Part shown: positions 8,490-17,885 of the stretch, piece by piece | Numbering within the stretch: the first letter of the stretch is position 1 | Layout: each line of letters starts with the position of its first letter | Assembly: GCA_964373365.1 (NCBI GenBank) | Contig: CAYJUP010000002.1 | Location: 631 to 46,188, forward strand | Reading direction: 5' to 3' | DNA: 45,558 bases | DNA from: an uncultured Nitrospiraceae bacterium | GTDB taxonomy: Bacteria > Nitrospirota > Nitrospiria > Nitrospirales > Nitrospiraceae | Program-made: the position numbers and the translations under genes | Notes under the pieces: model-generated | Told to the model about the DNA's origin: nothing | Seen by the model: only the letters and a program-made list of their open reading frames with translations | Databases searched by the model: none

Positions 8490-10388
8490 TCAGGCAGGTA
8501 TTGGCGAGTGCCCTTGCCGGCGAGCTCGTTCCAGGGCCACGAGTAACAGGGAAACGGCCGCTGGGGTGATTCCTGAAATACGAGAGGCTTGCCCAATGGA
8601 AGCTGGCCGGACTCGTTTGAGCTTCTCGAGCACTTCTCGCGAAAAACCGATCACTGCGTCGTATTCAAATGTCGGGGAGATGCGGCGTTCCTCCAGCTTT
8701 TTAAAGCTGGCCACTTGCTGAAGTTGTCGACGGATGTATCCATCATATTTAACTGTAATTTCAATTGCTTCTATAATTTCTTCATCAATAATTCCGGGTC
8801 TGCCGGTCAGGTCAACCAACATCTTATAGCTCAGTTCCGGTCGTTTCAAAAGATGAGCGAGGGTCAGATCCGGCGTGATCCCTTCCAACTTCATGGCAGC
8901 AAACTTGTTTCGAAGCTCGTCGGTCCAGGTCGGTCGCGTGTCCTTCAGACGTGCGACTTCTCGATTGATGGATTCGCGCTTTGCGAGAAATCGGGCATAG
9001 ACCGTGTCCGGAACCAGACCGAGTTGATGGCCAGTGTCCATCAATCTAAGGTCAGCGTTGTCCCGTCGAAGGAGCAGTCGGTATTCGGCCCGGGACGTGA
9101 ACATGCGGTACGGTTCACGCGCATCCTTTGTGATCAGGTCGTCGATCAACACTCCGATATACGCCTGCGATCGATCCAAGACCAGAGGAGGCTCGCCCCT
9201 CAGCTTCAGCACCGCATTGATGCCCGCCATGAGCCCCTGCGCGGCCGCCTCTTCATAGCCGGAGGTTCCGTTGATCTGGCCCGCATGATACAGTCCGGAG
9301 ACCAATTTCGTTTCCAGCGTGGGATGGAGTTGGCGGGGCGGGAAGTAGTCATACTCCACCGCATAGCCGGGCTTCAGCATCTTGGCGTGTTCTAAACCGG
9401 GAATCGTGCGGAGGATCGCAGCCTGGACATCAACCGGGAGGCTCGTGGAAATCCCGTTCGGATAATATTCATTGGTGTCCAAGCCCTCGGGCTCGATGAA
9501 GATCTGGTGTCGCGGCTTGTCCGCAAAGCGGACCACCTTGTCCTCGATCGAGGGACAGTAGCGAGGCCCCACCGACTCGATGACGCCGCTGTACATGGGC
9601 GATCGGTCCAGGTTATCCCGGATGATCGCATGGGTCTCCTGATTGGTGTATGTCAGATGGCAGGGAACCTGGGGCGTGGTGATCCGCTCGGTCCGATAAG
9701 AAAACGGACGGGGCGGATCATCGCCGAGCTGAGGGATCATGACATCGAAGTTGATAGTGTCTCGATCCAATCGAGGCGGGGTTCCGGTCTTCAGGCGACC
9801 CAGTTCGAACCCGAGGTCTCGCATGCAGTCAGAGAGGTGCTCAGCCGAGGCCTCGCCGGCCCGTCCGGCCGGGAAGTGGCTCAAGCCGATATGTATAAGA
9901 CCCTTAAGGAATGTACCTGATGTCAGAATCACCGCGCGCGCGGCGATCTCCTGGCCTGCTTCGGTGACAATGCCGGTCACGGCTCCTCCACGCGTCACCA
10001 CGCGATCGACCGTCCCACGGCCGATCTCCAGGCCGGGTTGGGCGCGGAGCGTCCCCTGCATCACGCCGCGGTAGAGCTTCTTATCGCATTGAGCTCGCAG
10101 CGCCCGTACCGCCGGCCCTTTGCTGGTATTCATCATGCGGAACTGGATGCCGGCGCAGTCGGTGTTGCGACCCATCTCTCCGCCGAGCGCGTCGATCTCA
10201 TTCACCAAATGCCCTTTGGCAATGCCGCCGACCGCCGGATTGCAGGACATCTGGGCGATCCTGTCCTCGTCCATCGTGAGCAGCAGGGTGCGTGTGCCCA
10301 TCCGGGCGGCCGCGAGCGCCGCTTCGCACCCCGCGTGTCCTCCGCCCACGACTATCACGTCATACTGGATGGCCATACGCAAACTCAC
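8490..10388 (-). CDS. mnmG: tRNA uridine 5-carboxymethylaminomethyl modification enzyme
   Basis: 632 aa with FAD motif [16 protein letters not shown] and GidA blocks throughout. The track start is GTG 10388; ATG at 10376 (MAIQYDV) is an equally plausible start. Confidence 0.95.
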   Translation of the reverse strand: MSLRMAIQYDVIVVGGGHAGCEAALAAARMGTRTLLLTMDEDRIAQMSCNPAVGGIAKGHLVNEIDALGGEMGRNTDCAGIQFRMMNTSKGPAVRALRAQCDKKLYRGVMQGTLRAQPGLEIGRGTVDRVVTRGGAVTGIVTEAGQEIAARAVILTSGTFLKGLIHIGLSHFPAGRAGEASAEHLSDCMRDLGFELGRLKTGTPPRLDRDTINFDVMIPQLGDDPPRPFSYRTERITTPQVPCHLTYTNQETHAIIRDNLDRSPMYSGVIESVGPRYCPSIEDKVVRFADKPRHQIFIEPEGLDTNEYYPNGISTSLPVDVQAAILRTIPGLEHAKMLKPGYAVEYDYFPPRQLHPTLETKLVSGLYHAGQINGTSGYEEAAAQGLMAGINAVLKLRGEPPLVLDRSQAYIGVLIDDLITKDAREPYRMFTSRAEYRLLLRRDNADLRLMDTGHQLGLVPDTVYARFLAKRESINREVARLKDTRPTWTDELRNKFAAMKLEGITPDLTLAHLLKRPELSYKMLVDLTGRPGIIDEEIIEAIEITVKYDGYIRRQLQQVASFKKLEERRISPTFEYDAVIGFSREVLEKLKRVRPASIGQASRISGITPAAVSLLLVALERARRQGHSPIPA

Positions 10389-10400
10389 ATGGCAGGGGGT

Positions 10401-10447
10401 GAGAGGCTAGTGGCTATAGGGAAGACCATCCGGCTCATAGCCCCGCC
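10401..10447. repeat. Heptad-phased GGC/GCC element, copy B (short; mnmG-mnmE gap)
   Basis: GAGAGGCTAGTGGCTATAGGG has GGC at 10405 and 10412 (GGG at 10419). It is followed by an inverted ATAGCC/GCC segment at 10437-10447. It shares the GAGAGGCTA seed with copies A and D. Confidence 0.5.
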
Positions 10448-10450
10448 TAA

Positions 10451-11881
10451 TCATTTGCCTATGCAGAATTCGCTGAAAATGCGATCGAGAATGTCATCCG
10501 TGCTGACCGCGCCGGTGATTTCGCCGAGGGCATCGATGGCAGCTCGGAGATCCATAGCCACGAACTCTCCGGAGAGACGTGCCTCTACGGATCCCACGGT
10601 GCTGGCCAAGGCCTCACCGGCTCTCACTAAGGCGGCCTGATGGCGCAAGCGCGTGACCACGGCGGCCTCGCCCGGTTCGAAGTCAGCCCGCAGGGTCATC
10701 GTCCGAATGCGGTCACGCAGGTCGTCCAGGCCGGCACCCGTTTTGGCGGAGATCCAGACGACGGCGCAGGTGGATGTGGCATGCTCAAGCGCGACCAGTT
10801 CGGTTGGATCAATGTGGCGCGGCAGGTCTGCCTTGTTCACCACCACCAGCCGTTTCTTGCCCTCGCAAAGTGCAAGAAGGTCACGGTCCTCCTCACTGAG
10901 CGGGACCGAACTGTCCAGGAGGACCAGCAGCAATTCCGCGTCTTCCATGGCGGCCCTGCTGCGCCGAACGCCCTCTTGCTCAACCGGGTCATCTGTGTGA
11001 CGAACTCCCGCGGTGTCCCACAGGCGGACCGGGACGCCTCTGATGTTCAGAACCTCCTCCAGAACGTCGCGGGTGGTCCCCGGAGCCGGTGTCACGATCG
11101 CTCGATCGGTTTTCAGGAGCGCATTCAACAGACTGGACTTACCAACGTTCGGCCGCCCGATAATCGCCGCGGTCACGCCCTCACGCAGAATCCGTCCCTC
11201 CTGACAGCTTTCCGCGAGGCGGGCGATCTCGCCCATCGTCTGTTTGAGACCTACGGCGAGTTCCTGCGGCTGGATAAACGTGATGTCTTCCTCCGTGAAG
11301 TCGATGGCGGCCTCGACGTGCGCGAGCATGCGGATGAGCGCCTCCCGCATCCGGTTGATCTCTTTTGACAGGGTTCCCCGCAGTTGTTCCTGCGCGATCC
11401 TGAGGCTGCCGGCGGTTTTGGCGCGGATGGTGTCGAGGACCGCCTCGGCCTGGGCCAGATCCAGCCGCCCGTTGAGGAACGCGCGCTTTGTGAACTCGCC
11501 CGGCTCGGCCAGTCTGGCCCCCAGGCGGGTCACCGTCTCGCACACGATTTGGAGGACGAAGGGGCCGCCATGACAGTGAATCTCCACGACGTCCTCGCCC
11601 GTGTAGGAATGGGGGGCGCGCATCACGACAATCAGCGCTTCGTCCAGCGCACGGGAAGAGGCAGAGTGTTGACCGGTGTCCCGCGGAGTTGCCGTTTCAA
11701 GAATGTCGGCATGATGAAGCGTGTGGCTTTTTACCGAGGCGAGCGGTTGGCCGGACCGGAGACGTGCGAGGCCGGACGCGACTTCGATGGCCTTCTCACC
11801 GCTGATCCGCAGAATGCCGATCCCGCCTTCTCCAACCGGCGTGGCGATGGCACAGATCGTATCTTCGCCCGTTGCGCTCAT
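10451..11881 (-). CDS. mnmE: tRNA modification GTPase
   Basis: 476 aa with G1 GRPNVGKSSLLN, G3 DTAG, NKAD and the C-terminal CIGK motif typical of MnmE/TrmE. Confidence 0.95.
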   Translation of the reverse strand: MSATGEDTICAIATPVGEGGIGILRISGEKAIEVASGLARLRSGQPLASVKSHTLHHADILETATPRDTGQHSASSRALDEALIVVMRAPHSYTGEDVVEIHCHGGPFVLQIVCETVTRLGARLAEPGEFTKRAFLNGRLDLAQAEAVLDTIRAKTAGSLRIAQEQLRGTLSKEINRMREALIRMLAHVEAAIDFTEEDITFIQPQELAVGLKQTMGEIARLAESCQEGRILREGVTAAIIGRPNVGKSSLLNALLKTDRAIVTPAPGTTRDVLEEVLNIRGVPVRLWDTAGVRHTDDPVEQEGVRRSRAAMEDAELLLVLLDSSVPLSEEDRDLLALCEGKKRLVVVNKADLPRHIDPTELVALEHATSTCAVVWISAKTGAGLDDLRDRIRTMTLRADFEPGEAAVVTRLRHQAALVRAGEALASTVGSVEARLSGEFVAMDLRAAIDALGEITGAVSTDDILDRIFSEFCIGK

Positions 11882-11893
11882 GCTGCAGCCTGC

Positions 11894-13690
11894 TTACGTC
11901 TCGACCTGGCTATCCGCTTCGGGCTTCGACGCGACCTTGTCCTTTTTCCGTTTGCCGGCCAGCTTCTGCCCGTCGGCCGGGACGGTCTCTATGGCCGGCT
12001 CTCCCGGGGAAGAGAACGTGGGTTTCTTGAAGATATACCGGTCCGTAATAAACTGTTGGGCGATGGTGAGGACATTGTTGGTGAGCCAATAGAGCACCAG
12101 ACCGGACGGAAAGGTCAAGAACAGAAGAGTCAGGAAGGCCGGCAACAGCAGCATGATCTTCGCCTGGGTGGGATCCATGGTCGTGGGCATGATCTTCTGC
12201 TGCAGCACCATCGAGGCGCCCATGATCACCGGAAGGACGTAGTACGGGTCCTGGACCGACAGATCGGTGATCCAGAGGACAAAGGGCGCCTGGCGAAGAT
12301 CAATGGTCATGTAGAGGATGTTGAAGAGCGCCACGAACACCGGCATCTGCAACAGCATCGGGAGGCATCCCCCCACGGGATTTACCTTGTGGTCGCGGTA
12401 GAGTTTGATCAATTCCCGGTTGAGCCGCTCGCGATCATCCTTGCACTTGGCCTGGAGGGCGACCACCTTCGGTTGGACGACCTGCATGTCCTTCATGGAC
12501 TTATAGCTCTTGTATTGCAAGGGGACGAAAAGCAGCTTGATGCCGACCGTCAGCAGGATGATGGCCAGACCGTAGTTATGGGTGTAGTCGTAGAGAAAAC
12601 GAAGGACGTAAAAGAGCGGTTTAGCGACCGCCCTAACGATGTCCCAGCTCCCGTAAATGAACCAACCGAAATCGATCGTGTCTTCCAGGCCAACGTTCAA
12701 GGATTTCAGCGTATTGAATTCCTTAGGGCCGGCGTACACCTGCAACGAGACGTCCCCCCTTGCGGCGGATGGGGCAAACCGGACGCCGGCTGACACGAGT
12801 TTCTCTCCTTCTTTCTTCACCACTGCGGCGGATGCGCCGGTAGGGATCAAGACGCTCAGGAAATATTTGTCCTGCAGGGCGACCCAGCGTACCGACCCCT
12901 TCCGTTCCAGTTGTGTGTCGGGGGTGTCTTTCTCGATTTTATCGTCCACCAGCAAGGCAGGCCCGATCAGCCCGATAAACCCTTCCCCCCATTCCACGAT
13001 CCCGAAGTTTGTGCCCAATCCGATATCGATGGCGCCGGTCAGCCCTTCGGTCTTCACGGAGACATCCACCAGATAGCTGTGGTGGTGGAAGGTCAGCTGT
13101 TTCTCTACCCGCATGTCGGTTCCGGGGACGCGATAGGTGAACGTGAGACGGCCAACGGGGTGGGAGGCATCAAGCGTCGAGAAATCCCGCTCGACGCGGT
13201 ACAGCCCGTCCGTTAATTGCTTGCTGAGAACCGGGTCTGCCGATTGGATCGACAACGGCCTCTTAAACTTTCCCTCCGCGTACATGAGCTGAATGGGCTG
13301 AGGGCCATCCGAGCTTGTGGTCGTATAGCGGTTTAGCTGCCAGCTCTTGATCGCGGCCCCACGGTTCGTGAAGACAGCCCGAAACAGATCCGTCGCCACC
13401 TCCTCGGTCTGCTCTTCAGACGAAGACAGCGCCACCCTCTCATCCGGCCGCCCGGATGAGCCGGATGGAATGGGAGACCGAGATGACTCGCCAGAAGGCG
13501 CGGCGAGCGATCCTGGGCCTGCCGCGGGGGCCTGGGCAGGGGCCGTAGCCGGTCCGCCGGGAGCGGTGGCGGGACGCGACTGGTCCGGCTGAGGGGGGGA
13601 GGGAACGATCCCCATCAGCTTCAACAGATAATCGTACCCGAGAATGATCGCGAGCGAGAGAATTAAGAAGAGAACGACTCTCTTTTCCAT
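11894..13690 (-). CDS. yidC: Membrane protein insertase YidC (with large periplasmic P1 domain)
   Basis: 598 aa. It has an N-terminal TM, a Pro/Ala-rich linker, a P1 domain and a C-terminal 60-kDa IMP core (KVNPVGGCLPMLLQMPVFVALF). Confidence 0.95.
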   Translation of the reverse strand: MEKRVVLFLILSLAIILGYDYLLKLMGIVPSPPQPDQSRPATAPGGPATAPAQAPAAGPGSLAAPSGESSRSPIPSGSSGRPDERVALSSSEEQTEEVATDLFRAVFTNRGAAIKSWQLNRYTTTSSDGPQPIQLMYAEGKFKRPLSIQSADPVLSKQLTDGLYRVERDFSTLDASHPVGRLTFTYRVPGTDMRVEKQLTFHHHSYLVDVSVKTEGLTGAIDIGLGTNFGIVEWGEGFIGLIGPALLVDDKIEKDTPDTQLERKGSVRWVALQDKYFLSVLIPTGASAAVVKKEGEKLVSAGVRFAPSAARGDVSLQVYAGPKEFNTLKSLNVGLEDTIDFGWFIYGSWDIVRAVAKPLFYVLRFLYDYTHNYGLAIILLTVGIKLLFVPLQYKSYKSMKDMQVVQPKVVALQAKCKDDRERLNRELIKLYRDHKVNPVGGCLPMLLQMPVFVALFNILYMTIDLRQAPFVLWITDLSVQDPYYVLPVIMGASMVLQQKIMPTTMDPTQAKIMLLLPAFLTLLFLTFPSGLVLYWLTNNVLTIAQQFITDRYIFKKPTFSSPGEPAIETVPADGQKLAGKRKKDKVASKPEADSQVET

Positions 13691-13828
13691 CAGCGCAGTG
13701 ACTCCAGGATCAGGCGTTCTGAGAACTCGAGCAGCGTTCGTTCATATCTCGGCCTTCGGCGTTCGCATTCACGGATGAATCGCCTGTCACGGGTGAGCGG
13801 CGCGCGGCCGCGTCGCCGTGGCAGCAGG

Positions 13829-14038
13829 CTATTGAACGGGATCGATCCCGCCGGCGTGGAAAGGATGACACTTCAGAAGCCGGCGCGCGGCCCAACCCAG
13901 CCCCACAAGCACACCGTGCCGCCGGATCGCCTCGCATGCATACCGGGAACAGGTGGGCTCAAATCGGCAGGCAGGTGGAAACAGAGGCGAGACCCATCGC
14001 TGATACAGCGCGATCACACCGAGACAGAGTTGTCGCAT
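13829..14038 (-). CDS. yidD: Membrane protein insertion efficiency factor YidD
   Basis: 69 aa with [26 protein letters not shown], the YidD signature. It overlaps the rnpA end by 25 nt. Confidence 0.9.
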   Translation of the reverse strand: MRQLCLGVIALYQRWVSPLFPPACRFEPTCSRYACEAIRRHGVLVGLGWAARRLLKCHPFHAGGIDPVQ

Positions 14039-14403
14039 CGCAGGTCCGATTCGGATATCAGCAAGCCTTCATGCCGCAGGGCCGACTTCCACGCATCCCG
14101 AAGCACCGGAGGGCGGGCGAGGAGTGATTCGCGTCTCGGGAAAACCAGAAGGTCTCGTCCCTCCACCAACTGCTGTCGCACCTGTCTTGCCAGTTCCCTA
14201 AAAATGCGCTTGGCTCTATTTCGGGTCACGGCCCCGCCGAGGCGCTTACTCACCACGATTCCGACGCGGGTGTGTGGTGACCCCGACGCGAAGGAGACCA
14301 TATTGAAGAGAGGGGTCTGAAACCGGCGGCCAGCCTTTTTCACACGTTCGATGTCGGCGCTTCTCCGCAGGAAGAGGTGACGATCTCCCGGCGGTCGCGA
14401 CAT
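14014..14403 (-). CDS. rnpA: Ribonuclease P protein component
   Basis: It carries the RNR motif ([13 protein letters not shown]). The track ORF begins at TTG 14421; I prefer ATG 14403, 15 nt after the rpmH stop. Confidence 0.88.
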   Translation of the reverse strand: MSRPPGDRHLFLRRSADIERVKKAGRRFQTPLFNMVSFASGSPHTRVGIVVSKRLGGAVTRNRAKRIFRELARQVRQQLVEGRDLLVFPRRESLLARPPVLRDAWKSALRHEGLLISESDLRCDNSVSV

Positions 14404-14417
14404 GCGCAGTGCATCCC

Positions 14418-14555
14418 TCAAACAGAGAGCCGCGCCCGCCCTTTGGCCCGCCGTCGGGCCAAGACCTTCCGACCGTTCTTCGTGCTCATCCGCTTCCGGA
14501 AGCCGTGATCCCTTTTTCTTTTTAAGTTCGATGGTTGTTGAAACGTGAAGGACAT
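14418..14555 (-). CDS. rpmH: 50S ribosomal protein L34
   Basis: The track ORF (98 aa) is over-extended. The last 45 aa, [45 protein letters not shown], are canonical L34. ATG at 14555 is preceded by AAGGAGAG. Confidence 0.93.
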   Translation of the reverse strand: MSFTFQQPSNLKRKRDHGFRKRMSTKNGRKVLARRRAKGRARLSV

Positions 14556-14595
14556 CGTTGCTCTCCTTGAACCGATCAAATCACGAAAGGCCGTC

Positions 14596-14624
14596 ATTAT
14601 AGGTTCCGCATCCCGGCGTGTCAA
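14596..14624 (-). promoter_or_regulatory. rpmH-rnpA operon promoter (perfect sigma70 consensus)
   Basis: Minus strand reads TTGACA (14624-14619), a 17-nt spacer, then TATAAT (14601-14596), ~40 nt upstream of the rpmH ATG. Confidence 0.6.
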
Positions 14625-14985
14625 TCGCACGTTCCACCCTGAACATTCCGGCTGGCCGAGCGCGGGTGATTCGGACACCGCTCCGTTTCGAGACACGGAT
14701 CGGGATCGGGTCACAGCCCTGCACTTGCTGCACCTTGCACTCTCTCAATCGACCGGACGATGAGGCGGTTTTGTCTGCTCCGAGCCATTCCGCCACATCG
14801 GAGTGAGGCTGCCGCGCCTTGACCGAAGTGTGAAGGGCACACAACTATGCGGAGACAAACCGGTTTATGTTGAACGGTCCTTTCTGGCATCGAGCTTGCT
14901 CAGTATGCGACTGGTTGACCCTTTCTCAGGTTTCACCGACCGCCTCGTCTGAGGCGAGATTAGATGGGAAGGAGGTGAGAACAAG

Positions 14986-15210
14986 ATGAACAAGATGTTT
15001 GTGGCGATGCTGGCATTGGTCATCGGACTGACCTTCAGCGCGGTGACGTTTGTCCAGGCCGATGAGAAGGCGGCCCCGGCGCCTGCTGCTCCTGCCGCTG
15101 CTCCGGCCCCGGCCGAGAAGAAGGAGGAAGGCAAAAAGGACGAGGGCAAGAAGGCCGAGAAAAAGGAGTCCAAGAAGAAGGAGTCCAAGAAGAAGGCCGA
15201 CAAGAAGTGA
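14986..15210 (+). CDS. Small secreted K/E-rich protein (hypothetical)
   Basis: 74 aa with SD GGAAGGAGG and signal peptide MNKMFVAMLALVIGLTFSAVTFVQA. A PA-rich linker and a KKE-rich tail follow, ending KKADKK-stop. A perfect 15-bp tandem duplication lies at 15163-15192. Confidence 0.65.
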   Translation: MNKMFVAMLALVIGLTFSAVTFVQADEKAAPAPAAPAAAPAPAEKKEEGKKDEGKKAEKKESKKKESKKKADKK

Positions 15211-15391
15211 TCCAGGTTTACAGGAGAGGCTGGCCCCCTTCGGGCGAACCCGCACTCGATCGAAGGGGTTGCCGGTCATCCTTCCCCGCATTCGCAGTCG
15301 TTGCTCCCAAGCGTTGCGTGAACCAATTTGTCTGTCATGAAACATGTACAGGCCTGGATTGTACTGAAGGCTGAAGAGGAGGACATAGTCA

Positions 15392-16021
15392 ATGAGGCAC
15401 ATGCTCACATTCGCACTCGCGCCGGTTCTCTTATTGGCCGTGGGGTGCTCGAAGGCTCCGACCGACAAGCTCGCCGCTGCAGAAAAAGCGATCAACGAGG
15501 CTCGAACGGCCGAAGCGCCAGACTATATGGCCGAAGATTTTGCTAAGATTGAAGGTATGCTGACCACTGCCAAGAACGAGATTGCTGAACAGGATGCCAA
15601 AATGGCCTTGCTCCGCGATTACGACAAGGCCGAGCAGTTGCTCACGACTGCACAAACCGAGGCGGTGCGCGTGATCGGCGAAGTCGGTAAAAAGAAGGAA
15701 GAAGTCAAGGCGGTGGCCATTCGAGCCCATCATGACGCACGGGAGGCGGTCAAGACCGCGCAGGATCTGGTCGCCAAGGCTCCGGTCGGGAAAGACCGAG
15801 CGGCGCTGGAGTCCATTAAGGCTGACGTGAAGGGGTTGGGCACCTCCCTGACCGAGGTGCAAGCCGCGCTTGACGCCGGTGACTATAAGACGGCCCAGGC
15901 CAAAGCCAAAGCGATCCAGGACAAGAGTCAAGCGGTCTCGGCAGAGATCCGGTTCGCGCTCGCGAAAGCCGGAGTTCCCAAGGCCCAGAAGGGCGCCCCG
16001 GCGAAGAAGGCGAAGAAGTAG
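15392..16021 (+). CDS. Helical Ala/Lys-rich lipoprotein (DUF4398-like, hypothetical)
   Basis: 209 aa with SD GAGGAGGA and lipobox LLAVGC. The predicted all-helical body ends APAKKAKK-stop. Confidence 0.75.
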   Translation: MRHMLTFALAPVLLLAVGCSKAPTDKLAAAEKAINEARTAEAPDYMAEDFAKIEGMLTTAKNEIAEQDAKMALLRDYDKAEQLLTTAQTEAVRVIGEVGKKKEEVKAVAIRAHHDAREAVKTAQDLVAKAPVGKDRAALESIKADVKGLGTSLTEVQAALDAGDYKTAQAKAKAIQDKSQAVSAEIRFALAKAGVPKAQKGAPAKKAKK

Positions 16022-16022
16022 G

Positions 16023-17222
16023 ATGTTAATCACGATGCCAGCGGTCCTGCGTTCCACCACCATTGCACTCTGCCTGATCCTCAGCCTTTCGGCCTGCGTC
16101 CAGAAGGCTCCGCCGGACCTTCTCCAGGCGGTGGAAGCCTTGGATCGTCAGCTCGTGGAGCTCCAAGGGGCGGAGTTTGCTCCAGAGGAGTATGCGCGAT
16201 TTGTTGAGCGCTGGGTGGCCGTCAAGGGGCGACTGCTTGCCGAAGAGGATGTGATTCGCTGGCCTTGGGAATCCAATCCGCTTGTGGAGGATCTGCGCCA
16301 GTTACAGGAAGAGGGCGCGCGGGCTGCGTCGGCCGCTGTCCAGAGAAAGGAAGCCGAGCGCCTCGATGCCGTTGCGCGCCTGGCGTTGATGGAACAGCGG
16401 CTGCGTGTGTTCGTCCGTCGGATCGACGAGATGGGAAGCCGGGTGGTGCTTGGCCAGAAACCCATTGAGACCGAGTTGGTTATCAGGCAGGCGCGCTCCT
16501 TTTTAGACCAGGGACTCTATGCTCGTTCCGTGCAAGCGATCCAGGAGGCATCCCGGCTGCTGGATGCCCAGTCGGCGCTGCTCAACGCGGAACTGGGACG
16601 CTACGCAGACGAACGCATGATAGGAGTGTGGCGTCGCATGGTGCACCGCACCGTGGGGTGGTCGCGGATTCATCGTGCCGCCGCCATCGTGGTCAGCAAG
16701 GCCGATCGACTCCTGACGTTGTACCGGAATGGACGCCGGGTTGTCTCGTTTCCGGTCAAACTCGGCTATAATGGCATCCTGGAAAAGCGGTATCAAGGCG
16801 ATGGGGCGACTCCGGAAGGTCAATACCGGGTGATTATGAAACGCGATCGAGGTCAGACCCGGTTTTATCGCGCCTTGTTGCTCGATTATCCAAATTCTGA
16901 AGACCGCCGTCGCTTCCACGTGGCCCGCACCGCCGGGGCTATCCCGGCGGAAGCGTTCATTGGCGGGCAGATTGAAATTCACGGAGAGGACAACGTTTTT
17001 CTGAGCCAGACGCTCGGGTGTATCATGCTCGACAACCACCAGATCGATGCGTTGTTTGATGAGACTGAGGTGAGCACTCCGGTGACTATCGTGGGGGCCG
17101 TCGAGGTGACCAATTCCGTGGCTCTCGCGTTGGCCGGAATCGGGCGGAACGGAGAGGACCAGGAGGCAGACGGTGCCGATGCGCAGGATGTCACGAAAGA
17201 GCTGGATGTCGAACGAGGCTAG
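16023..17222 (+). CDS. Lipoprotein with C-terminal YafK/DpaA-like L,D-transpeptidase-fold domain
   Basis: The track ORF 15870..17222 is over-extended into the upstream gene. ATG 16023 gives MLITMPAVLRSTTIALCLILSLSAC (lipobox). The C-terminal half reads IVVSKADRLLTLY...GDGATPEGQY...DYPNSEDRRR...IEIHGE...TLGCIMLDN. Confidence 0.8.
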   Translation: MLITMPAVLRSTTIALCLILSLSACVQKAPPDLLQAVEALDRQLVELQGAEFAPEEYARFVERWVAVKGRLLAEEDVIRWPWESNPLVEDLRQLQEEGARAASAAVQRKEAERLDAVARLALMEQRLRVFVRRIDEMGSRVVLGQKPIETELVIRQARSFLDQGLYARSVQAIQEASRLLDAQSALLNAELGRYADERMIGVWRRMVHRTVGWSRIHRAAAIVVSKADRLLTLYRNGRRVVSFPVKLGYNGILEKRYQGDGATPEGQYRVIMKRDRGQTRFYRALLLDYPNSEDRRRFHVARTAGAIPAEAFIGGQIEIHGEDNVFLSQTLGCIMLDNHQIDALFDETEVSTPVTIVGAVEVTNSVALALAGIGRNGEDQEADGADAQDVTKELDVERG

Positions 17223-17228
17223 TGGTCT

Positions 17229-17885
17229 GTGAAATTCGTACTGAGACCGTGGCTGAAGAAGAACGCGTGGGCTGCGGTTCTGGTTTTTGCCGGGGCCATG
17301 CCGCTTGCCCCGTTCGACAGTGGGGCGTCGCGTGAAGAAACGGTCAGGGCAACAGGCGTAGAACGGAGGGAAGTCCTTCCTCCGGAGAGCTTGCGCGCGC
17401 GGCATGCGGCTCTCAAACGGCAACTGGCCGACCTGGCCCCGGTCGGGAGCTATATCGTCGTCGACACCGCCCGCAATCGGCTGTACGTCAAGCGCCGCGA
17501 GGAGGTCTTATTGACGGCCCTTTCCTCGACCGGGAGCGGCACGATCCTGGATGATCCAGACCGTCCCGGCGCGCGATGGGTCTTCGACACGCCGCGGGGC
17601 GAATTCATGATTCAATCAAGATTGCTTGATCCCGTGTGGGTGAAGCCCGACTGGGCGTTTCTGGAAGAAGGGCTGGCGGTGCCGGCTGATCCGGCTCAGC
17701 GTGTGGAGCGCGGCATTCTTGGAGAGTATGCGTTGGGCTTTGGCAAAGGCTACTTCATTCACGGGACTCTTTACACCAGGCTTCTGGGGAAAAGTGTGAC
17801 GCACGGCTGCATACGCCTCAACGATGAAGACCTCCGAAGCGTGTACAGGCTCTCGGAAATCGGGACCCCCATCATGATTTTCTAA
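17229..17885 (+). CDS. L,D-transpeptidase (YkuD family)
   Basis: 218 aa with a GTG start and a signal peptide. It has the catalytic motif YFIHGTLYTRLLGKSVTHGCIRLNDEDL. Confidence 0.88.
   Translation: MKFVLRPWLKKNAWAAVLVFAGAMPLAPFDSGASREETVRATGVERREVLPPESLRARHAALKRQLADLAPVGSYIVVDTARNRLYVKRREEVLLTALSSTGSGTILDDPDRPGARWVFDTPRGEFMIQSRLLDPVWVKPDWAFLEEGLAVPADPAQRVERGILGEYALGFGKGYFIHGTLYTRLLGKSVTHGCIRLNDEDLRSVYRLSEIGTPIMIF

Noticed and set aside
11384-12793. 469-aa ORF on the plus strand, antisense to mnmE/yidC
   Set aside because: It has the same shadow-ORF character (R/G/D/H-rich) and spans the junction of two well-supported minus-strand genes.
14865-15203. Minus-strand ORF with a repeated FFLDSFFLDSFF motif
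   Set aside because: It is the mirror image of the K/E-rich tail (AAG/GAG codons) of the plus-strand secreted protein. That protein has an SD, an ATG and a signal peptide.
16914-16923. A third parS-like core, TTCCACGTGG, inside the YafK-like gene
   Set aside because: Only the 10-bp core matches. The flanks give about 11/16 to the local parS, so this is probably a chance CACGTG-centred palindrome.
16503-17423. 306-aa minus-strand ORF; similar long antisense ORFs lie at 19171-20106, 22148-22963, 24804-25649, 26136-26699, 34610-35350 and 37058-37738
   Set aside because: All lie opposite genes with clear catalytic motifs. They show Arg/Pro/Gly-heavy composition with no SD or motif. These are typical GC-rich antisense open frames.
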